Source of the DNA: Camelus dromedarius
Lineage: Eukaryota
Reading direction: 5' to 3'
NCBI RefSeq assembly: GCF_036321535.1
Contig: NC_087437.1
Coordinates: 8,928,001-8,992,000 of the forward strand
Length of the DNA: 64,000 nucleotides
Positions 1 through 12,097 of this stretch are shown here, piece after piece. Made by a program: the position numbers and the translations under genes. Positions within the stretch are counted from its first letter, which is position 1; each line of letters opens with the position of its first letter. The notes beneath the pieces were generated by a model. The model was not told the DNA's origin. It saw only the letters and a program-made list of their open reading frames with translations, and searched no databases.

Positions 1-534
1 ACAACAGCAAAACTGAGTGATTGCAACAGAGACCATATGGCTTACAGAGGCTGAAATATTTATTATTTGACTGTTTACAGGATAATTTGGTCTAGAATAT
101 AAAAATTTTTTTTTTGAGGACAATGGTAATATCTTAGAAATATTTATAGCACCCCCTATTCACAGCTTAGAGAAACTACTCAAACTCTGGAGATAAAAAC
201 CAGGAATTATTATTTGTATATATAAGTATTCTTAATACAGAGCACTATTTGGAATATTTTAAGAATTTACATATATGGTGTCATTTTGGACCTACATTTC
301 ATACTGCAAATCTTTTTTTTTTTTTTCCTTTTCACTCAACATTCTATTTTTGTGATTCACTCATTTGGTGTTTCATCAGATGACTAGATGGTTTAACTAT
401 TTTCCTATCGATGGACATCCTGTTGTCCCCAGTATTCCTGTTACAGATGGTACCTGAATGTGAATATCTTGGTCCCATTCATGAGATTTTCTTTAAAGTC
501 TAGAAATTGAAAAGAGAAATATCAGACAATACAC

Positions 535-995
535 TAACTTCCTACTGTTGCCACAGCAAGTTAACCACAAACGGTAGGTTTAAACAACACAAATGTATTA
601 TCTTAGGGTTCTGGAGATCAGGGTCTGAAATGTCACCACCCAAAATCAAGGTGTCGGCAGGACCATATCTCATCCAGAAGCTCTAGGGGAGAATCCAACT
701 GCTTTTGCCTTTTCCAGCTTCTGGAGGTGGCCTCCATCCCTTGACTCGTGGCCCCCTCCTTGATCTTCAAAGCCAGCAATGCAACATCTTCACATCTCTC
801 TGTGGCTTTACTCTCCTGCCTCCCTCCTAAGAGGACCCTTGTGATTATGTTGGGCCCCACGCAGATAATCCAGGGTTATCTCCCCATCTCAAGATCTTTA
901 ACTTAATCACATCGCAAAGTCCCTTTTACCAGTAAAGGAAGATATTCCAGAAATTAGAATGTGGACAGCTTTGTGGGGGTGTTCGGCCTTCCCCA
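535..995 (-). mobile_element. MaLR solo LTR (MLT1C/D-like)
   Basis: Motifs 'aaaatcaaggtgtcggcagg', 'ctaggggagaatcc', 'gataatccagggttatctccccatctcaagatctttaacttaatcacatc' match the recalled MLT1 consensus in reverse orientation. Confidence 0.75.
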
Positions 996-1154
996 AGTAT
1001 AAACATCATCACAGCTGTTAGGTACTGTCAATGTCTTCTCCAGTGAGGTTACAGCAATTTAAATACTGCTTCCAGTGTTTCCATGTCTTCACCAGTGCCT
1101 GGCACTGTCAGCCTCTCTGGAAAGCATAAATTGTATATTTATTGTGCTTGCTTA

Positions 1155-1715
1155 TATCTTTAAATTCTGACAATTTCAAACACACAGAACAGTTGCAAGG
1201 ATACTAAAAGGGGCTCTTATATGTCACTTACCAAATTTACCAATTCTATCTTTTCTATGTTTCTAGTTTCTATTTTTCTATATTAATCTCTCTCTATATT
1301 CTGTATTTTTGCCCCACTGGATACTAAGTGGGAAATGTACTGCTAAACATTTCAGTTTAGGAACAATGATATTCTATTATTTAGCAATGATACAATTATA
1401 TTAAGTCCAGAAATTTAGTATTGATTCATTTTTCTCCTCTGATTCCGAGTCACTATATAAATTCCATCAATTGCTCCAATAATATCCTTCATAGCTATTT
1501 TCCCTTAGCTCAAGATCCAATTGAGAATCACATAATGTATTCATCTACCATCTTTTGCTCTACTTTGTCATCTAGAAAATTTTCTCAGTCTGGTACTGTG
1601 AACTAGTACATACCCGCTATTACACAGAATGCTCTTCCATTTGGGTTTGTCTGGCGTGCCCTCGCTATTTCACTCAGGTTAGACGCATTTTGTCAAGAAT
1701 TGTATTCTAGTGGGG
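1155..1715 (-). mobile_element. Old L1 (L1MC/ME-like) 3' fragment
   Basis: 'aatttcaaacacacagaacagttgcaag...' resembles ancient L1 3' UTRs; heavily decayed. Confidence 0.45.
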
Positions 1716-2589
1716 GAGGAAGTCAACAAACATAGAAATACGTCATAAGGTTTCAAGAATAGATAAATACTTGACTAGAGCAGGGTAAGTGAAAGAGATT
1801 GATGGACTTTGGGAGTTATGAAAAGTTGACCATTTTCGCTCCATTTTGTAAATGAGAATTAAGACTGAGAAGTTAATACTTTCCCCCTTCTTTCTCCAAA
1901 TCTCATGCCTCCTCCATGACCCAGCTCTGATGCGCCATCTACCCAATTCTCAGGTTAAAAGGGAAATGAATCTAAGTACATTACTCACAGTCTTACCCCC
2001 AATGCCTGAAACATAACAAAGCCTCAGTAATTATACATTGCCAGTGTTGTTACTTTTCTAAGCCATCCTCTTCTCCTATTATTCACTGCTGGGCTGAGCC
2101 AAGAGAATAAGAGAATTATTTTTCACATACATACTCCGAATTTTCCTTTGCAAAAATTCCTACAAGAGACAACCCGATAGAAATATTTCGTGTATTTATT
2201 CACAGGTTTTTCGAATGGTTTCTGCAGGTGGGACAGGGTCATGGAGGAAATATTCATAAGCGAAGGATGTACCCTCTAAAGAAAACCAAACAAGGCGGAA
2301 GTACTTTAAAATTGTGAACAAATGATCCAAATAATCATAACAGGTCATTTTAAATAACATGACGTTTCTTTCGAGCAGAGAATAGCGCTCAAGAGTCAGA
2401 CTGGTTAATGGGAGGGGATATTTCCACTTTCTTGACATTGCTGTTTGAGTCATCACACTGCTATAAAGTAAAATCCACTATCCCTAGTTACCTAAAATCA
2501 TCCTGAATCCCTGTCATCACTTTCCAAGCCCTTCACCATCCAGACGGAAGCTTCCATTCCTGCTCCCCTTCTTCCATGCTGTATTGCGT

Positions 2590-2791
2590 TGTAAACTTCA
2601 TCACGTCGCATCACAGATGTTTCCACCTTCCAAGGAAGTTCCTCGCATCCCACACGTCCCTAAGAGCATGAATTCCATAAAAGCAGGGACAAGGAAACTG
2701 ATTTTTGCAACACTGGTGCTTAACACAGAGTCAGGGGTTCAACAGATCAACTATAACTTCCAAGCTGCGTGAGTAAATGACTGAATGAATG
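2590..2791 (+). mobile_element. L2 3' end fragment
   Basis: 'ccataaaagcagggac...ggtgcttaacacagagtc...tgaatgaatg' is the typical L2 terminus. Confidence 0.5.
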
Positions 2792-3489
2792 TCCCTGTCA
2801 GGAGATCTTGACTGCTTAATACTTCTGTTCTTGTTTCTTAGCTCCGTTATTTTCTTTACTGGAAATATGGACGCTGTCCCTCATCGTAATGCTGAATTGG
2901 CTCAGGTTTTTCCTATTTGGGGGGTTCACGGCATTGGCTTGACTGTCTCACGGTGGATGACGCTAAGGAAACTCTGAGCGGTAGGTGCCCATCTCCTGAT
3001 CATCCACTCACCTTTGCTTTGGTACATTAGGACTTTAACATTAACTGCCTGATGTGCAGGTAAAGTCAGCAAGAAATGAAATATAGGTCATTACACCGTG
3101 GTGTCAATGGAGCAGAGCAGCAAAATGTAAATCACTGAAAAATGGGACAGGTTCATGCCATCTTGCACTTTGAAGTCAGTCTGAGGACTTCGTGTGGCTG
3201 AGAGGTCCCGGGGTCCACGTTAGGGAGGTGCGGAGAAAACCGTGCTCCTGTAAGGCTCAACCTAACATCAGCAGCTCTAAACTCTCGCAGAGGGAAGTGA
3301 AGATTGCGTGTTTTCCCCCTCTGCTTTGCGATTGTCTCTCTTTCATGTGCGTACATTATAGTTTGTGACCTTAAGTCTGGGACCTGGGTTCTCCAAACCT
3401 CAGCTGCTTAATTGAAAAAAAAATGAAAATAACATCTATTCTACCTCTTTGGCATGATTTATTTTTTAATCATTAAATAAAATATGCAG

Positions 3490-3970
3490 AAGGGTTTGGG
3501 TAATGGGCTTCGTCAGTGCCCCACCCTTAACTCTTCCAGTGTTTGCTGACCAAGACTCTACTTCCAGTAGCTTGAGCTCTGCAGATACTGGATTTGTTTG
3601 TTTGTTTGTTTTTTGTTTTTGCTGGAGTGTGGAAACCCCTCTCCACACAGAACAGGTGGAGTGCTGAGGAATTAACACCTCCAGAAGCGACTCTCCACCA
3701 TGGGTTCTCCAGAATTAGTACATAAATATTCTGGTTTCATAATGCTTCATGCTGGAGAATTATGATGTGTGTGTTTTGTATTAATTTCCAGAGTCCACAC
3801 AGGATTTAGCTCAAGTTACACCATGACAGCTGGTTTAATTGCACATCTTCCATTGGCTGCTTTCCATTCCTTTTATCCTGTCTCTACCTGTGTTGTCTGA
3901 ACTTCCCAAATACACCACTTACAAATGAATCCGATCCTGGGATTGGTACCAAGGAGAACCCAAATAACAA
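3490..3970 (+). mobile_element. ERVL LTR16-like solo LTR
   Basis: 'gaggaattaacacctccagaagc' and the terminus 'cttcccaaatacaccacttac...ggagaacccaaataaca' resemble LTR16. Confidence 0.5.
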
Positions 3971-4642
3971 CCTGGATGTGGTGAAGGGCCACCTGAGTGG
4001 GAAATGATGTAACTATGTTGATAAATGAGAAACCTAAAGCTAAAAGAACCTTTTGTGCTTGGAGCTTTTCAGGGCATTTAAGGACAGGATCTTTGAACGG
4101 ATCTGGGAGATAGATAGCCTGAGGGAGGTTTAGAAGCAGAGCATGGTGAGTGTCTAGCTGAGCCCAAGGGTTTGGCCTAAGGGCTGATCTTCAGACTTCA
4201 GCTCAGGAAAAAAGAAAAAAAAAAAAATCAAACCCAGTAATGAAGATGGTCTCCAGGTTCATGAATATATCTCAGACACAGAAGGAGTGGGAGCAAACTG
4301 CTCCCCAGGCATAGTCCAATGTGTGGGGACATCCATAGCACCCTTCAGCCCTAAGGGGACTTTAACTAGCTCACGCTGACTTAACTTCATAGACCATTTT
4401 TCTGCCACTTCTAGTGATTAATTTTCAAAATTGTCCCCCAAAAGAATTCTGAGAAGAAAATCAGTAATGGTAGTTGGGGATTATTACCATAGGGTAAAGT
4501 AAGAAGCCATGAGTTTATACTAACTAAAAACATGGAAACATTGAATATATAGTGGGGTAGGATTGATTCTTCCTCAAAGCAGGATTCCAAGTAATAAATT
4601 CAGAAGGAAAGAAAGAAATGTAAGCATTGTTTCAGTTAGGAA

Positions 4643-5122
4643 TGTTGACTGAAATAAATGCACAGCCTAAAAGTTGAGAATTGTGTTTTATTTGACGGGA
4701 GGACTCGAGCCAGGATGACAGCCTCTCAGATGGCTCTGAGGGATTTCTCCGAAGAGGTAGGGGAGGAGCTGGGATATATAGGAGCTTTACAACAAAGACC
4801 AGGTAGCTGGAACATTAAAAGATGATTTATTAAGTAAAGAAAACCAGGCATCTCAAGTTAAAGAATTTAGCACTTTTCTATGTATGGGAGGAAGCAAACA
4901 TTTGGGCTCATTGAATTCATTCCTTTGACAAGCACCTGGCCATCTAGGGCCAGGATCCTATCCTTTCTTAATTCTGAGTCTCCTCAGGGTGCACCACTGT
5001 GAGAGGCTGCAGAGGCCGGGCTGCAGGCCTGTCCTCACTGTGGGGTGGCGGCAGCCCCTGATGACTTGATGGCTTCAGCATTCTTTGTTTACTGATATGG
5101 TTTGCAGTATTTTTCATTCACA
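4643..5122 (-). mobile_element. ERV1-type solo LTR, family A, copy 1
   Basis: TG...CA termini, exact 4-bp TSD GGAA (4639-4642 / 5123-5126), TATA-like and AATAAA motifs on the minus strand; reverse complement of 6564-7061. Confidence 0.9.
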
Positions 5123-5590
5123 GGAATCATCTATGGATGGTAGACAAAATATGATGAGGAAAAAGACATTTGCATAGTTTCAGAGTATCTCCCCATAAGA
5201 TACTAATTACAAAGAGGGAAACAGGAAGTTTACAGTGGAGGAACCTGGCAGATACCATACCGACTTCACCCACAATGAGACACACAGGCATCGTGAGACG
5301 GGGATAACCAAGACACGCTGCGAAGACACAGCCTCACTTCCATGGCCTTCTCACCAAAAACAACTAATCATCAGAAAACATTAGACTAAGTTAAACTGAG
5401 AAACAGTCTGCAAATGAACTCTCCAGTACACCTGAACCGTATCAGGATTATGAAAGAACCCTTCCAGATTGGGGGAAAATAAAGGCCATGGCAACAAGTT
5501 TCACCCTCGTCCCACACTGGATCTTGGATCAGTACAAGAATGGTGGTGGGGCCACTGGCAAACTGGTCTGTAGATTTAAGTAATATATTG

Positions 5591-6379
5591 GGGTCTTTTT
5601 CCTTTTTTTTTTTAGAATTTTGTTTTGTTATTTATTTGTTTTGGAGGGGGAGGTAATTAGGTTTTGAAGCAGGATGGAAGGGGGCAGGGCACAGCCATTC
5701 AAGGAAGGCCACAGCAATTAACATCAAAATGGTGGAAGATTCAACCCCCAGGAGGCCTTGAGGCTCAGGATGGTGGGAGATTTAACTTCTAGCAGACCTT
5801 GAGCTTCATTGTACGCCCATTGTAATGTATTAACATGGTGAATAACATGCCCACAGGCACCATGGCAGTCCCAAGGCTAGCCACAGAAGGTCAAAGGGTG
5901 GGAAATGGCCAACTTCCTGGGAATCCCAGCCCCTTGCCCTTAGGCTGGTCCTTCCACTTATAGCATAAAAAGCCACCAAGCCCATAAAAACCAACAACAC
6001 GGCGCCTCGAGGCCGCTCCTCTCTGTCCCTCTTCAGAGATGGCCCGCATTCTGTCTATGGAATGTGTACCTACTTTTAATCTGAGCACCCAACCCCCACA
6101 CCTCATGGCCTTTCTCTTGCCTTTCAATGTATCTCTCTAAATAAATCTATTCAACTGTGGCTCACTCTTGAATTCTTTCCTGCAAGAAGCCAAGGACCCA
6201 CACCTGGCGGGGCACATCCCAGGGGCTCAACCGAGACCTGGGACACAGCCCTCCTCACGCCCCACATCTGTTTTCCTGCATCAGTTTATTGATTATTTTT
6301 AGAGGAGGTACAGGGGCTTGAACCCGGGACTTTGTACATGCTACGCATGCACTCTACCACTCGAGCTATCCCTCCCCGC
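5591..6379 (-). mobile_element. tRNA-Ala-derived SINE (Vic-1-like), split by an LTR
   Basis: A/B-box head at about 6305-6378, tail at 5591-5664, 14-bp TSD taagtaatatattg (5577-5590 / 6380-6393). Confidence 0.9.
5665..6283 (+). mobile_element. ERV1-type solo LTR, family B, copy 1, inserted in the SINE
   Basis: TG...CA termini, 4-bp TSD GTTT (5661-5664 / 6284-6287), AATAAA near 6140; homologous to 12350-13000. Confidence 0.9.
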
Positions 6380-6563
6380 TAAGTAATATATTGTATCAAG
6401 GTTCATTTTCTGATTTCGATCACTTCAACTGTAGTTATGTAAGATGTTACCATTTAGAGAACATGGGTAAAGGGTATAAGGAATTCTTCATACTAATTTT
6501 ACAGTTCTTTTGAAGTCTAAACTATTTCAAAGCTACAACTGAAAAAAAAAAAGTTATAAGATA

Positions 6564-7061
6564 TGTGAACGAAAAATAGTGCAAAACATTTCTGTAAACA
6601 AAGAATGCTGAAGCCATCAAGTCAGCAGCGGCTGCTGCCACCCCCCAGTGAGGACAAGCCTGCAGCCCGGCCTCTGCAGCCTCTCACAGTGGTGCCCTCT
6701 GAGGGGACTCAGAATGAGAAAGGACAAGACACTGGCCCTAGATAGCTGGGTGCTTGTCGAAGGAATGAATTCAGTGAGCCCAAATGTTTGCTTCCTCCCA
6801 TACAGAGAAAAGCGCTAAATTCTTTAATTTGAGATGCCTGGTTTCCTTTACTTAACAAGTCATCTTTTAATGTTCCAGCTACCTGGTCTTTGTTGTAAAG
6901 CTCCTATATATCCCAGCTCCTCCTCTACCTCTTTGGAGCAGTCCCTCAGAGTGATCTAAGAGGCTGTCATCCCGGGCTCGAAGGGGTTCAAGTCCTCAGA
7001 AATGTCCACTAAATAAAGCATAACTCTCAACTTTTAGGCTGTGCATTTATTTCGGTCAACG
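6564..7061 (+). mobile_element. ERV1-type solo LTR, family A, copy 2
   Basis: Starts TGTGAA, ends ...TCAACG (CA>CG), 4-bp TSD GATA (6560-6563 / 7062-7065); TATATA at about 6905, AATAAA at about 7012. Confidence 0.9.
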
Positions 7062-7352
7062 GATATTACAGATACACTCACTCAAGGAGATTCAGACATT
7101 AATCAGAAACATGCCAACCCCAAAACTCAAAACTAAGGACCAAAGTTTAGAAACCATACACTTTAAATTAAACTTTGCTATTAAATCATGAGCTGTTTCA
7201 TGAAAATACTGTGATGTTGTCATGCGCTTCTTTAAAAATCGCGCTTTATAGAAACTTCTGCTTTTCAAGGTGTTGTGTATACCTTGCCCAGGTCTCAGTC
7301 TGTCAATGACCAGTCTTGTGGCTGGACCAGCCCTTGTGGTTGTCATCATGAT

Positions 7353-7825
7353 TGTAAGATGCCCTTCAGCAACAACAATTAGGAATCTTAAAAAAAAAAA
7401 AAAAAAAGGTTATTCCTTACAGGACCTGGAAATGACATGACACACAGCCAGGTTGAAAGTAGAGAAAGAGGGCACGTGGGCCTGGGGTTCTGCTTTTACT
7501 GGGGTCAAGGATGGCATTGTAGGTTTTGTGGGTTCACTCTTTATTGGTGAGTTCAAAGTAAGGGTGGGAATTTATAGAAGGGAAAGAGAGAGAGAAAAAA
7601 AAAAAAAAAAAGTAGCCCAAACCCAAATTGTCAGTTATCGAAAACAATAGACATCTCTAAAACAAAAGAGCCTCCTTGCGGGCAGGGGGCTGGATTCTTT
7701 TTGTAGTCCTGAGTCTGGCAATGTGTTCATTCTAATAGCCTTCTTTGAAGTGGGTGCTTCAGCCTCCAAACCTTAAGGCAGGCATTTGCATGGTAAAAAG
7801 ATAAACCCAACTGTCAAGGCTTACA
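7353..7825. mobile_element. Possible old solo LTR
   Basis: Bounded by inverted termini TGTAAG...CTTACA, LTR-like length; no TSD seen and family not recognised. Confidence 0.35.
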
Positions 7826-10236
7826 CAGCACAAAGACTCAAAGCTTTTCTATCATCTCCACCACTTGGGTACCTATCACTGAATGTGTCTGTTGTCCATT
7901 TCCTTGTCTGAAAACAATGGCGACCACAATCACCTGGCCCTGAGATCTTGCAGGTAATTGTAACAAAGACAATCAGAACAATTACAGTGAAAATCCTCCT
8001 TGGAGCAGCCCGTCTCCCCTCTGTAGATCAGGCTGAATATAGCGGTCTGAATTGGATGTGAAAAAAAAAAAAGAAGACTAGTATTTTTCTCCTAAAAGTA
8101 AATTGTTTCAAAACATGGTTACCTTTTCAACAGGTTTCCCTTGGCTTGAAATTGGAATTTTTTTTTAACCTCAAACGTTCTCAGGTCTCAAGACGCTGCC
8201 TTTTAATTATATCAATTCTTGGTCTGGAGCCTTTCTTATTATTTGCTTAAATGTTATTGTTGGGACTTAAATTGATCTCTCTTGTTCAGTTTCAGGGTTA
8301 GCATTTACTGCAACAAAGGATGATTTTTTTGCTCCTGTTGCCTTGAGGACATGCACTGGAAACATGATGTTGTTCTCAGTGGGGATTCTCCTGATGAGAA
8401 GGTTTCCAACAAAGAACAAATTAATACTTGAGCAATCAATGGCGCTAGCCAACGCGTTTTCCTATCTCCTTCACTTTTCCATTCTCTTTCCCATTGTCCC
8501 TAGTTTCGCGATTCTTTCCATGTAGAAAAAGGACTGTAATTTATTTTGAAAGAATTCCTATGTCTGTGTCTCGGTCTTAATTAAAACAAGGTCCGTAGTT
8601 TATCTGGAATCCTAATTTGGCTATGAATGTTCAACAAAGAGGCTCAGAATTACAGATCAAGCTAAGGGGGAAAAAAATGGAAAAAAAGTATAGACTCAAG
8701 GGGCATCTATCTGTTCTTTTGCTAAAAAGAAATGGACCCTCCTGGCTGGTAGGAGACAAATTACTACTCCAGTCAATTTCCTTCTCTCTCTCTCTCTATA
8801 TATATATACTTACTTGACATTTGTTTTGTCTCCTTGTGTTATTTCCATACTAAAGGGAGTATTTATGAATCTGCTTGGAATGGCTAAATTATTTGTGAAT
8901 TTATTGTACACAGACTTTTTCACTGTTATTAATCTAGTTTAGCACCTAGGAGACTTCCTTTATAGCACGTGGGGATGGTAGAAATATAATGCTGTGTTAT
9001 AACGGCATTGTTCCATATTCCATAACCCATCAAGGGTGGCCAAGCAGACCTAAAATGGCCAATTTACCCAGCTCAGCTTTTCAGAGTGGTTTTTGCATGT
9101 TGAAAATTATCTATTCAACTCAGAAAGAGTATTTGCTCTCACAAAGACATATTTGGTATCCCTATGCATTATTAACTGTGTACAAAGTGTGATTCTCCCT
9201 AAATTGTTGTAAGAAAATCAAGTGACCTATGTGTCTGAAAAGTCTTGGATAGAGGAAAGCAACTATGAATTAAGAACATCAAATTTAGCCTCTTAACTGT
9301 AGCCAAGGGATTGGGTCTCTTTCTCCAGTGCGCTCAGGCGGGTCTCATAACTGCAACACTCAAAAGGAATCATCACTGTTCTGCAAGCACTCACCAGCGC
9401 CTGCCTAACAGAGTGGATCTGCTTGAAAGGCACAACAGAGGTGGCACTTGTTGCCCAGAAATTCAGCTTATGATTAAAAAGTTTCTTGTTTGTTTGTTTT
9501 TCCCAAGGATCAAATACTATCTTCAAAATACAGGAAAGACCCCTGCAAAATACAAATAATCAGAAAATGCTCCTGTGTCTGGATGGACCCTGTCATGGAA
9601 ATATCCTAGTTGAAATAGAAGAACTAGGGAAGAGGAATCACAAGAAAAGAGTGGGGAATGAACACAGAATTCTAAAAATATGTCCAATAGACTTATCGGC
9701 GGCTTCTCCAGTTTACCTTGGGCCAAAGTTTTCTGTCTTTCTTTCATTTCTTAAACGGGGAAATAGAATTTTTCTTTTACTTATAAATATTCTGAGACTA
9801 TAGGTCATCTGTGTAATGGTTTCCATTAAGATTCTTTCAATATTTCACATGAGTGTGCTAACATTACCGGAGAAAGCCCCACTAAATTAAAATACTGTTA
9901 TAGCTAAATGTTACACGTGGTACATTATAATCCAGGATAAAGGGTTATTCATTAGTTCCAGGTTCTATTAGCACAATCTTTCTGCCTTCATGACTAAAGA
10001 AGTAACAACATGTTTTGGTTCTGTAATAGTGAGCTAATTGTTCAGTTTCCTAACGGTAGCTGTTAAGAAAATGTGAAGAATATGGAGACAGTATTTCTCC
10101 TTGCCTAGTTAAATAGAAAAAGGACAAAACAGTGTACTTGAAAGAACTACAAACACAAACTTAGAAAAACTGGGTTTGTGATCTATCTTCTGTGTCTGTA
10201 TACTGTATTTGTGTTTAAGAAAGTAATTTCTTCTTT

Positions 10237-10270
10237 ATTATTTTTTTGTTGGGGGAGGTAATTAGGTTTA

Positions 10271-10329
<59 letters not shown>

Positions 10330-10405
10330 GAGATACTGGGGATTGAACCCAGGACCTCATGCATGCTAAGCATGCACTCTACCCCTTGAGTTATACCCTC
10401 CCCCC
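10237..10405 (-). mobile_element. Vic-1-like SINE with internal (TTA)n expansion, inserted in a MIR
   Basis: tRNA-Ala-like head, TSD aatttcttcttt (10225-10236 / 10406-10417), (TTA)n at about 10275-10328; MIR-like flanks at about 10140-10540. Confidence 0.9.
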
Positions 10406-12097
10406 AATTTCTTCTTTTTTCTTGTTTCTGAGCTGTAAGGTGGGGTTAACAGCAATTGAATCTCTTCTGAAAGGATGTTGTGAGCCTCAAATGTGAGAAT
10501 AAATGTGATCATGCACAGATGCATTTAAAGTGTAAGATATTATTACCATTATCTTTTTCAGTTTTAAGCACTTTCCTGTGAATATATATGACCAGTTTCC
10601 CCCTCTCCAAATACATCAAAGATTCTAAGGTTTTATATTGTTCTTTGGATATTTGCACACAATCATAATATAAGCATAAATCTGTAAATAATCACAAATA
10701 TATGTTAATATTAAAAACCATTTGAAAGAAGGAAAATACGGTAACATAGAAATATTTAGTGTTATTGGATATTGAAACTTTAGGAACTCACAAGAGGTAC
10801 TTTGATGGATCCTACGAAGTCTGTCTCCTCCTCACGCATCCTTTCATGGTGGGAGTTTCTGGTGCCTAAAACTCCTAAAGTTCGTAATTTTGTAAGGTGT
10901 CTGAGGGGATGAAATTCCTTTTCCCTGGGAGAGCAGTGTGTTTTGGTAGGGAACATCTAAAGATGCAGAACTGGGGAATTTAAAAGAGAGGGCTGCAGGG
11001 AGAAAAATGGGGGCGAGTGGGCTTGAGATCTGGAGAGAGGAAGCAGTTAGAAGAACACTCATTTCAACAGCTGAGTCTGGAAGAGACACTGCATAATCTA
11101 AGGGACCAAGTAATTTGGATGGAACTTCCACCCCCTTCTCCACACTGCACTTTTCTGACATCTTCCTGACCATCCAGTAGAAGCCCTCCTGTTCCCCTCT
11201 CAGACCTGATTCTTGGGTTGGGGAGGAGAGAGGTCCAGGGTGGTGGGGAGAAGGGACAGACCTTAGCCATCTCCAGTCTTCTCCGGAGAGGCAGTGACCA
11301 GGGATGTGTCCCCATGCACTCCTTCTGAGTGTCACCAGGCAGAGGCATCACCGCTGGCAACAGCTACAGTGATCTGGCCCTGCCCATCTTTTACATTTCC
11401 TCCTGAACCTTGACTTGGTGTACTCTAGACAGTCCAACATCTTGTTCATTCTTAAAAAAAAAAAAAAAAAAAAGAAGAGATCTATGAGATCTTTCCCACC
11501 TTAGGACTTGTAAATTTTCTGTTTTCTTAGCCAAGAACACTCTCCTCTATGGTCTTCCAACGGTTGACTTCTCACCCATGAATTATAAACAGACTGGTCC
11601 ACTAGAGTGAGGTCAATAGTAGGTCCATGGTTATAAAAGCAAAGCATGGTGGAAAGCAAAGCTGGCACTAACACCTTGAGCAGAAAGGATGGACTGCTTA
11701 AAAAATGGTATTAGAATATTTAGACATAACATTTGGAAAATGTCTAAAAGTAAGTTCAGATGAATCAAAGGCCAGTGTACCAAAAAGAAAAACAAAATCA
11801 TTGGGAAAAATGTTTTTTAACTTAAAAGTAGGGAGGGACTTCCTAACACAAATCACAAAAAAACTTTAATTAAAATATAAATAAAATTCTTCTGTAGGAA
11901 AAGCACATAAATACAGCTTAAATGTAAGCAGCAGATCTGGGGAAAATATTTGTAATATGTAGTTCAAGGGGCCTTCCTTAACATTTTTCTAAGCTTCTTC
12001 CTGACTCCTAGGCCCTGATTCAACTTTTCTTAAAGCACTTTCTTTGTAGTGTTAAAAAAAAAATTGCCCCTTGGAGATATATGCAAACATTTTCCCC

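Larger units (their letters stand above)
4440..6553 (+). mobile_element. Old L1 (L1MC-like) 3' region, host of three younger insertions
   Basis: Pieces 4440-4642, 5123-5590 and 6380-6553 read as one continuous L1MC-type 3' UTR ending in poly(A) once the inserts are removed. Confidence 0.6.

Noticed and set aside
10844..11335. Longest ORF (163 aa), and the similar 153-aa ORF at 45747-46208
   Set aside because: No recognisable domain or coding-like composition, and the second starts inside a MIR; such lengths can arise by chance in six frames of 64 kb.
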